Shown here piece by piece: positions 1 through 9,587 of a stretch of 37,755 bases of DNA. The notes below the pieces were generated by a model. The model made no database searches, had not been told where the DNA came from, and worked only from the letters and a program-made list of their open reading frames with translations. The DNA is from Atractiella rhizophila (taxonomy: Eukaryota), in the NCBI GenBank assembly GCA_021432655.1, contig MU271304.1, positions 62,001-99,755 of the forward strand. Reading direction: 5' to 3'. The translations under genes and the position numbers were made by a program. Position 1 is the first letter of the stretch; each line of letters starts with the position of its first letter.

Positions 1-403
1 ACCATGGAGTTCACACTCACAACCATTAGACATCAGCCTTTTTATTCGCGCCCGACGATATGAAACGTTCACGTTGCACACCTTTATGCAAAAACTTCGG
101 CCTAACGACTGCCCCTGGATGGGGTCGAACACGAATGCCAAGATCACACCCCAAGAAGCAAAAATGCGGATGGAGCTTTTTCAGGATCTTGTCTATTGGT
201 TTATTGATAATTTCTTAGTGGACGTTTTGAAAGTGAGCCATTTCATGTGTCGACGCGGCGACGGTGGGCTCAAATGCGCCATAGACAACATTCTACATTA
301 CGGAGTCCTCTGCCTATCGAAACCGTGCCTTATACTTTAGACAAGACGATTGGCACGATATTTGCCAGCCTTTGCTGGGGAAAATGTCGCAGACTCTCTT
401 CCA
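1..403 (+). repeat. Direct repeat, copy 1 (partner 2876-3278, offset 2875 bp); left end lies outside the window
   Basis: Base-by-base match. ORFs 74..340 and 2949..3215 differ at one residue. Confidence 0.95.
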
Positions 404-500
404 ACGACTTGGCGGGTTTCGGATTTCACCGCTTATGCTGACTTCTTGTCCTGTTCGAGTACATTTGCATGTACATCTGCGCTTTGTCTGGGTACAGTAG
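1..500 (+). pseudogene. TERT: 3'-truncated TERT copy (end of TRBD/T motif), continuing off the left edge of the window; pseudogene or short isoform gene
   Basis: 1-403 matches 2876-3278 with 3 substitutions seen (205, 245, 328). It encodes ...DLVYWFIDNFLVDVLK / TTFYITESSAYRNRALYFRQDDW...LFQRL, then unrelated sequence. The unspliced frame stops at TAG 498-500; a spliced alternative ends at 526. Confidence 0.75.
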
Positions 501-1022
501 TAGCAATCAACTTCGTCGTGGCTTAGAACTGATGCGAAGAGGTGCGTGGTTCGGTTGTGCAGAAGGTGTCCTTTATGATATTATCTGCTTGACCTTGGCA
601 GTTTGACCCATCAAACGCGTCATAATCCACGCGATAAACTCTACAAAGCTGTAACAGTGTCTTGTTCGATTCATGAATCTTTGAGTTCAATACATCGTTC
701 ACGTCATGAGGAACGCCTCTTGCTTACTTCATGACACTTTCGGCGCACTTGTTAGGAGCCGTTGAATATTTGCAAGTTGGTCATGAAATCGCCAATTTCT
801 TGACCAGGCGGTTCGGGCTACGCGCTAGAATCTGAAGCAAGGACGCTTCTGCTGAGCAGCTGTCAGATTCTTTGTGAAGGATTTCTCTGAGTGAAACTAA
901 TGGTGTACTTTATGTTGCACTCGAGTGTAAGTTTGTGAGGTTGACCATTTACCTGCTATCTCGTCCAATCATATGTGACATCCGTCGATACTAGCAGACT
1001 AACGTTTTTGTGAACTCTCAGG

Positions 1023-4000
1023 ATGGCAGAAACGATGTCGCACCGCGTGCTCTCGTCCTACTTCCCATCCCCAGGACGAGTTTTCACGCTGCTTGAATGG
1101 CTCAGTCCCAATGACCCGACCAGAATCCTCCACATTGACGATCCAGAAGGCTTCCGCCGTTTTCTGAATGATTCTTTGGTTGGGGTTGACTTCGATGCGA
1201 CGACCTGGAAAGGCCCTATTCTGGATACCACGGCACATGGAGAGTCATCTATTGAGGTGGGAAGAGCTATAAAGTTGTGACCCCCATTAATCCATGTTCA
1301 AGTTGATTCGCAAATCTCAACTGAGGTTGTTGAGCGTTGGCGCAACCAAGTCCAGAACAGCAGCTCCGTCCGGTTCTAAATCTTCCCCGCATCCAAAAAA
1401 CATCTTGATACTCGGTTGTTCTAACGTAAGTCTTCCTCTTATGAAGGGATGTGACAATTTTTAACGAGTACCAGGAATCAGGAGGGGTGGCAATCAAATT
1501 TCCGAATACCACTGTGGCATTCTTGGAACAGAATAAAGACATTGCAAAATTAATCGAGAGGTCAATTCTCGACCTTGGGATGACAATGAGCTGACTATAC
1601 AAATAGAGCTGGACCTCATGCTTTCACTCAGTTGCTGACAAGAACATCCTTCTTCCTCTCCTTACCGAACAATTGCTACGTTCAAGTCGCCGGTCCTGCT
1701 CTTTCCGAGCTTCCCCTTCCCGTAGACAAAAAATTGTCACGCATAAGCGCGGCCGATACGCCAAAGGACGGTTCAGCCCGTGGACCACAACCGCTAGAGC
1801 ACACGCAGTCATTGCCGGGACGGTTAATAACGCTGGACCAACCTATATTAAAACGGACAAGGTCATTGGGCGTCGAGACTGAGAGCGAAAACATAAAGAA
1901 ACGAAGGGTTGAAGACGACTCTTCTCCTTCTCTGTGAGGACTTTTACATTAGTTTTGATTTTACTGAGGTTCCGCAGGATAACCGCAAACTCGATTCATT
2001 TTGCCAGAAATCGTATTTTTCATTCTCGTCCTGTGAGACTCTTGACGGGAGGAATAAACTCTGGAGTATCTCCGAACAGTGAGGCACGACCTTTGACTTT
2101 TTGCACGAACAATTAACGAATTTGGCAGATATCCTCAATCGCGTCAAGTTGCTATTTGGTCCTTCCGATGAGAGGGCTCGTCACTTATCCAAATACATGT
2201 TCCCGCGAGCGTATGGCCTACGAAGCTGTTTTGATACCAAAGATGAGCTCAAGGGTTTGTCGGGGATTAAATTCGACGAGCGAGAAAAGGAGATTAAGGT
2301 AAGTAGGAGCATGTCGTTTAACAGCTGATTGTGAGGCGACATGACAGGCTTTGGGAGCGTTGAAAACTCCAAAAAAGATCAAGTCTGTGATCCGTCTGAT
2401 CGAGGAGGTAATACGAAATCACTCACGAGTCGATTATCGCCGCCTGCTGGACCAACATTGTCCCCGACGGTTGGGTCGAGGAGCAAGAAATTGTACAGAG
2501 AATGAAAAAACAAAGGTATGCTTATATCATCCCAAGACAGGTATTTGATACCTCAGAAGGATTCTTTATTGGAAGCTGAGCCTCACACGCAAATATCAAA
2601 GAATGAGGTTAGCTTGGAGGTGTCGCATCCTTCACTGGTTGTGCCTCATGGTGCAAGAGAGGCGAAGGAAGCAGTTCGACTACAGCCGAAGTTTTCTGAA
2701 TATACAATAGCTGCTTACGAGGTATGTGCCAAGTCGTTCCCAACCGTATCTCTGACACTCTGACCTGAAGGTTGAATCTTACGTGAAAGCCATAGCCCTG
2801 GCCATCTTTCCCGCTGATCTCTGGGGCTCGGACACTAATTGGGATATTATGTGGTTCAGTTCATATTTTACTCTCACCATGGAGTTCACACTCACAACCA
2901 TTAGACATCAGCCTTTTTATTCGCGCCCGACGATATGAAACGTTCACGTTGCACACCTTTATGCAAAAACTTCGGCCTAACGACTGCCCCTGGATGGGGT
3001 CGAACACGAATGCCAAGATCACACCCCAAGAAGCAAAAATGCGGATGGAGCTTTTTCAGGATCTTGTCTATTGGTTTATCGATAATTTCTTAGTGGACGT
3101 TTTGAAAGTGAGCCATTTCGTGTGTCGACGCGGCGACGGTGGGCTCAAATGCGCCATAGACAACATTCTACATTACGGAGTCCTCTGCCTATCGAAACCG
3201 TGTCTTATACTTTAGACAAGACGATTGGCACGATATTTGCCAGCCTTTGCTGGGGAAAATGTCGCAGACTCTCTTCCAGCGTCTAGAACTTGTGAGTGAC
3301 ACGCCGACGACAAACTGTGATTTTGACCGCAGAACTAGGAAAAGGCTCAGGCTCTGCTCACCGCTCGCCCACTTGGGTTCTCTAATGTGCGATTATTGCC
3401 CAAGGATACTGGTGTTCGACCCATTGTGAACCTCAAACGGAGGGTAGCAAAGAAGATTGTAACTTTTCTAACTTCCCGTTTCCTCTAGTGACACCAGGGT
3501 AGAAATCAGTCGGTCAACAAAACATTGTGGAGCTTGGTCCTTCAATCAACTTTCTTCTCCAGAACACATTCCAGATTTTGACGTACGAGAAGGTACGCAC
3601 TCTTGAAGTGGCAGCTAGCTTCAACCCCCGCTTACGTGGCAGCAGAATACGAATTCCCGCTTGTTAGGATCATCTGTCTTTGGTCCTAATGAAATATACA
3701 GAAAACTTAAATCTTATAAGTGCCGACTGCTACAACAGCATGGGAAGGTGTAAGCTTTCAGCCTTGTAACACATCGGTACTCACGTTCCAACAGACCTCG
3801 CATGTATTTTGTCAAAGTCGACATTCAGGCATGTTTCGACACAATCAAGCACGAAAAGTTATTTTCTGTGGTAGAGAACATATTGTCTGAGGTGCAGTCC
3901 CCCTATCAAATACCCCATCGTTCTCACACAAGCGATCAGGAGGGGTACATGATTCAGAAGTATGGTGTCGTGCTTCCGGCTGCTGGTAAAATTTCGAGGA

Positions 4001-5475
4001 AGTTCCAACGCCAAGGATGTCCTGACTGTGGGCAACCGCGAAGCAAGCGATCAGTCTGCTAATGAGCCACGGCAGATCAACATGAGTCCTTTCCTGCCCT
4101 AGCGGGAAAACTGGCGGAGGGATTACAACATGCAATCTTCGTGGATTCGGTTATTTACCCCTTTGAGGAGAGTACACGCGTCAAGAGTTTACTCACAGAG
4201 CATATCAAAGAGAATCTTGTGAAAGTGAGCGCAGTATCGTTTCCCGAGGCCAAGCTAAAGACAGTTCAAGATCGGAAATCATTTTTATCAACAGCGAGAT
4301 GGCATTCCCCAAGGCTCAGTCCTGTCTACGATTCTTTGCGCGTGCATTCTTCCATTGCCCTTGATAAAGCAAACATCTTACCTCATTACAGCTTCTTCTA
4401 CGGTGATATGGAGCTAACTGCCCTGACCTTCATTAAGGAGCTTCTTGATGTTTGTTAGTCTCTCGTCGTCCCTTCTCCTCTCAAAGGGCATTAGCTATTA
4501 ATGCGATACACCGACGACTTTCTCTTCATAACACCGGACCCAGATCAAGCCATCAAATTTCTCACTTCAATGTACCGTGGTCATCCAGAATACGGTTGTT
4601 CCATTTCGCTAGGTAAAAGTCTGGTGAACTTTCCAGCCGAGATTGACGGTCAATTCATTGCCTCAATCGGAGCGTCAGAGGGTGCGCTTTCGCTTCCAGT
4701 CTACTCAGTAGCTCAATTAGCCGCAGATTTCCCTTGGTGCGGTTATCTCATTTCTCCACGGGACCTTTCAGTCAAGGGAGATTATAAGCGTCAAACTGGA
4801 TTTAGTACGCCCGTTCCTTCTTTTAGCGCCTGACAGTTCTGTAACTGTGACGCAGATATTGCCGATACGCTCACTGTCGAGTTCTCACGGCGACCTGGGG
4901 AGGTTTTCGCGTACAAAATGCTGCAGTCTATCAAAGCCCGCGCACACATCATCTACAACGATACTGCGCACAATGGATACCAAAATGTCCTACACAATAT
5001 CTATCAAAACTTCTTGCTCACTGCGATGAGATTTAGCAGTTATGTCAAGGTTTGGGGGGTGAGCCTGCGCCGGAGGGAGCCATGGTTCTTAGGTGATTCC
5101 TCTTCTGTCATGGAGGAGTAGCTGACAGATCCTCAGATGTGATTGATCAATGCTGCTATTTCGCTTTCGTGGTGATACGAAATCGGAGTAAGACCAAAAT
5201 AGCCAAAGAATGTGGAGCGGAATGCAATATTTTGCAGCGAGAAGTCGTATGGTCAGCATTCAATCCATACTATTCTAGGAGAATTGATAACCTTTGACAG
5301 GTTGGGGAAACACGCATTTCAGGCCGTTCTCAGTCGACGCCCAAAGCAGTTTTCGTCTGTCGTACTCAAGCTGAAGAAAGACTTAATGAGACGCACTAGC
5401 TCCAAGTTACAATCCAAGCTAGCGAAAGTCACCTCACGAGCTAGGAATGAGGATCTATGGAAAATCAAGTTTTGA
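1023..5475 (+). CDS. TERT: Telomerase reverse transcriptase, full length, multi-exon
   Basis: Spliced translation shows TEN motifs (KNILILG, NNCYVQVAG), CP (YRRLLDQHCP), QFP (WGSDTNW) and the T motif (FYITE...LYFRQDDW). RT motifs follow: 1/2 (VRLLPKDTGVRPIVNL), A (YFVKVDIQACFDTI, 3805), B' (GIPQGSVLS, ~4301), C (LMRYTDDFLFI, 4498), D (GHPEYGCSISLGKS) and E (FPWCGYLI). Stop TGA at 5473-5475. Confidence 0.96.
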
Positions 5476-6986
5476 ACAAGTCACGTTATTATTTGCGTAA
5501 AGAAACTAGTACTTAATTTGGGTTTATGTACATGAAGTCCAGGTATTACTTCCGCTAGAAATGGAATAGAAAAGAGTGTTCCAATCGGAATAGTCTTCGA
5601 TTCGGTGTAAGAAACTTAAAAGAGCGTCCTTCAGAGCTTGACCGTTGTGCGGATAGGTTAGGTTAGTGCGCTGGAGGCGTGGCCGGTGCCTGAGGGGGAG
5701 TTGCTCCGGCGACTCTGTCGAGGAAGCTTCCGGATACTTGTGTCCCTTTCTTGTCTCCAGTCTTCGAGCTGATCTTTGCCGTATCCTTTGCGGCTGCGAC
5801 CTGGGGAATGATCAGTCGGCAATCTGTAAGGTCAAAAGGAGAAACCGACAGCTTCTTCAGGGGGATTCTTGGCTGCTCGACTTAACAGAAACTCCTCCAA
5901 CAAAGCCGCATTACGAGAGTTGGGCTTCCACACAGCATATATGATGTCCCCAGCCAGTGGAATTAGTCCCATACCGCTACCAATCATCACGTTGACAAAC
6001 ATGCGGTCAGTCTAATAATGCCCTATCAGTCAACTCGCGGCGCTGGTGATGAATGGACTCACGAGTGAACGAGGACAGTCAGACTTTTTGATAGGCTTGA
6101 TGATGAGGGTATAAGCAAGCAAAAAGTCTAGGATCCAATCACACAGGGTTCGACACCTCACAGTGCGACAACGTACCCACGATGTCTCCCAAGAAAGGAA
6201 TAAGACCCAGGATTGCCTAGTTGAATATGAGCATCGATTCGCAGCTAGCGGGGGTTAACTCACAGTCCATCCGAAACGGAAACCGCACAGGCTGAAACCT
6301 CTGTCTATCGTCCGACGTCCGACGTCAATGGGTTTCTGCGAAGTGAAATGAGTAAATTACCTAGGTAGTGAGCCCTTCGACGAATCTTTTTCTAAGGAAA
6401 GTTAGGTTGAGCAGAGTTTGTCACATTGGGATGAAAGACGAACAAGGAGCTTTGCATCCTTCTTGCTCAAATTTTCGGGTATCGCCCGCTTTCTCTTCTT
6501 CGTTCGACCCCTCGCATCGACATATTCCTACTCTAGGCATTAAATGGTCTTCCAATGCGACAGAACGAAGACACACCTCATAATGAGGATCCTTGGGCTC
6601 TGTCGGTGCAAATAGATGGGCAAATCAATATAGTAAGAGAACAACATGGGAAATGGAACGGAACGAACCCAAGCCCTTGGCACTGTTCTCAAGGTAGTGA
6701 CCACCTATTTTTTTCGCAATTGTAGACGCCATTAAACACTACGAGTTATTGGTATATGCTGTAATGGCAAGTGTGGGTGCTGCTGATGTGCTCGTTTTGT
6801 GTTGAGAAGGGAAGGGAACAAGGCTTCTTGTCAACAGGACGTCACCAATGTGGAATACAGTTTAGATTAGTTGGCGTCCCCGCGCGCTTATCTGCGCAAC
6901 CGCCACGCGCAACTCCAAGCGCCTCGAATCCAAACCGGCCGTCACCGTGAGCGATATTGGAACAGCTTCAGAATGGAAAACGACCC
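4363..6986 (+). repeat. Tandem segmental duplication, copy A (TERT 3' end, DUF4112 gene, CDC73 promoter and first codons)
   Basis: Matches 6988-9601 at offset 2625 bp. About 7 substitutions seen up to ~6800, then markedly diverged in 6805-6950. Confidence 0.96.
5663..6732 (-). CDS. DUF4112-family membrane protein, copy A (8 exons)
   Basis: Spliced: MASTIAKKIGG...EPKDPHYEEYVDARGRTKKRKRAIPENLSKKDAKLLKKIRRRAHYLDRGFSLCGFRFGWTAILGLIPFLGDIVD...GLIPLAGDIIYAVWKPNSRNAALLEEFL...PPAH*. RFGW/GLIPxxGD/N.RN are typical of fungal DUF4112 proteins. All introns are GT-AG. Confidence 0.88.
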
Positions 6987-8100
6987 AGATAAAGCAAACA
7001 TCTTACCTCATTACAGCTTCTTCTACGGTGATATGGAGCTAACTGCCCTGACCTTCATTAAGGAGCTTCTTGATGTTTGTTAGTCTCTCGTCGTCCCTTC
7101 TCCTCTCAAAGGGCATTAGCTATTAATGCGATACACCGACGACTTTCTCTTCATAACACCGGACCCAGATCAAGCCATCAAATTTCTCACTTCAATGTAC
7201 CGTGGTCATCCAGAATACGGTTGTTCCATTTCGCTAGGTAAAAGTCTGGTGAACTTTCCAGCCGAGATTGACGGTCAATTCATTGCCTCAATCGGAGCGT
7301 CAGAGGGTGCGCTTTCGCTTCCAGTCTACTCAGTAGCTCAATTAGCCGCAGATTTCCCTTGGTGCGGTTATCTCATTTCTCCACGGGACCTTTCAGTCAA
7401 GGGAGATTATAAGCGTCAAACTGGATTTAGTACGCCCGTTCCTTCTTTTAGCGCCTGACAGTTCTGTAACTGTGACGCAGATATTGCCGATACGCTCACT
7501 GTCGAGTTCTCACGGCGACCTGGGGAGGTTTTCGCGTACAAAATGCTGCAGTCTATCAAAGCCCGCGCACACATCATCTACAACGATACTGCGCACAATG
7601 GATACCAAAATGTCCTACACAATATCTATCAAAACTTCTTGCTCACTGCGATGAGATTTAGCAGTTATGTCAAGGTTTGGGGGGTGAGCCTGCGCCGGAG
7701 GGAGCCATGGTTCTTAGGTGATTCCTCTTCTGTCATGGAGGAGTAGCTGACAGATCCTCAGATGTGATTGATCAATGCTGCTATTTCGCTTTCGTGGTGA
7801 TACGAAATCGGAGTAAGACCAAAATAGCCAAAGAATGTGGAGCGGAATGCAATATTTTGCAGCGAGAAGTCGTATGGTCAGCATTCAATCCATACTATTC
7901 TAGGAGAATTGATAACCTTTGACAGGTTGGGGAAACACGCATTTCAGGCCGTTCTCAGTCGACGCCCAAAGCAGTTTTCGTCTGTCGTACTCAAGCTGAA
8001 GAAAGACTTAATGAGACGCACTAGCTCCAAGTTACAATCCAAGCTAGCGAAAGTCACCTCACGAGCTAGGAATGAGGATCTATGGAAAATCAAGTTTTGA
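6973..8100 (+). CDS. Chimeric CDC73(1-5)::TERT C-terminal fragment (end of B', motifs C, D, E, thumb/CTE), ~297 aa predicted
   Basis: ATG GAA AAC GAC CCA (CDC73 start) reads in frame through an intron remnant (DKANILPHYS) into TERT exon FFYGDME. Downstream exons and introns show no differences from 4392-5475 by eye. Predicted exon lengths 102+187+78+237+115+175 = 894 nt. Confidence 0.6.
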
Positions 8101-8287
8101 ACAAGTCACGTTATTATTTGCGTAAAGAAACTAGTACTTAATTTGGGTTTATGTACATGAAGTCCAGGTATTACTTCCGCTAGAAATGGAATAGAAAAGA
8201 GTGTTCCAATCGGAATAGTCTTCGATTCGGTGTAAGAAACTTAAAAGAGCGTCCTTCAGAGCTTGACCGTTGTGCGGATAGGTTAGG

Positions 8288-9357
8288 TTAGTGCGCTGGA
8301 GGCGTGGCCGGTGCCTGAGGGGGAGTTGCTCCGGCGACTCTGTCGAGGAAGCTTCCGGATACTTGTGTCCCTTTCTTGTCTCCAGTCTTCGAGCTGATCT
8401 TTGCCGTATCCTTTGCGGCTGCGACCTGGGGAATGATCAGTCGGCAATCTCTAAGGTCAAAAGGAGAAACCGACAGCTTCTTCAGGGGGATTCTTGGCTG
8501 CTCGACTTAACAGAAACTCCTCCAACAAAGCCGCATTACGAGAGTTGGGCTTCCACACAGCATATATGATGTCCCCAGCCAGTGGAATTAGTCCCATACC
8601 GCTACCGATCATCACATTGACAAACATGCGGTCAGTCTAATAATGCCCTATCAGTCAACTCGCGGCGCTGGTGATGAATGGACTCACGAGTGAACGAGGA
8701 CAGTCAGACTTTTTGATAGGCTTGATGATGAGGGTATAAGCAAGCAAAAAGTCTAGGATCCAATCACACAGGGTTCGACATCTCATAGTGCGACAACGTA
8801 CCCACGATGTCTCCCAAGAAAGGAATAAGACCCAGGATTGCCTAGTTGAATATGAGCATCGATTCGCAGCTAGCGGGGGTTAACTCACAGTCCATCCGAA
8901 ACGGAAACCGCACAGGCTGAAACCCCTGTCTATCGTCCGACGTCCGACGTCAATGGGTTTCTGCGAAGTGAAATGAGTAAATTACCTAGGTAGTGAGCCC
9001 TTCGACGAATCTTTTTCTAAGGAAAGTTAGGTTGAGCAGAGTTTGTCACATTGGGATGAAAGACGAACAAGGAGCTTTGCATCCTTCTTGCTCAAATTTT
9101 CGGGTATCGCCCGCTTTCTCTTCTTCGTTCGACCCCTCGCATCGACATATTCCTACTCTAGGCATTAAATGGTCTTCCAATGCGACAGAACGAAGACACA
9201 CCTCATAATGAGGATCCTTGGGCTCTGTCGGTGCAAATAGATGGGCAAATCAATATAGTAAGAGAACAACATGGGAAATGGAACGGAACGAACCCAAGCC
9301 CTTGGCACTGTTCTCAAGGTAGTGACCACCTATTTTTTTCGCAATTGTAGACGCCAT
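8288..9357 (-). CDS. DUF4112-family membrane protein, copy B
   Basis: Same exon structure as 5663-6732. The differences seen are 3 synonymous and 3 intronic substitutions. Confidence 0.88.
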
Positions 9358-9587
9358 TAAACACTACGAGTTATTGGTATATGCTGTAATGGCAAGCGTG
9401 GGTGCTGCTGATGTGCTCGTTTTGTGTTGACGCAGGGAATGGAACAAGGCTCCTTGTCAACAGGACGTCACCATGAAATACAGTTTACATTGGTTGAGGG
9501 TCCCCGCGCGCTTATCTGCGCACCCGCCACGCGCAACTTGCAACACCTAACCGCCGCCGCCCTTTGCGATATTGGAACAGCTTCAGA
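9358..9587. promoter_or_regulatory. Short divergent promoter between DUF4112 (-) and CDC73 (+); diverged duplicate at 6733-6972
   Basis: About 230 bp between head-to-head ATGs. Contains a TGTTGAC...GTCAACA inverted repeat and CGCG-rich boxes. Confidence 0.6.

Noticed and set aside
410..580. Minus-strand open frame containing CYYCTQTKRRCTCKC (zinc-cluster-like)
   Set aside because: No start codon or convincing splice path, and the cysteine spacing is not a full Zn2Cys6 motif.
615..634. MCB-like ACGCGT/ACGCGA about 400 bp upstream of TERT
   Set aside because: Short motifs with no supporting evidence.
3802..4833. RT motifs interpreted as a retrotransposon or Penelope-like element
   Set aside because: TERT-specific TEN, CP, QFP and T motifs and many spliceosomal introns are present; no gag, integrase, endonuclease or terminal repeats.
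6757..6769. TGCTGTAATGGCA resembling the 5' Alu motif of fungal SRP RNA (also 9382-9394)
   Set aside because: No helix-8 motif or Pol III terminator downstream, and too little room before the CDC73 ATG.
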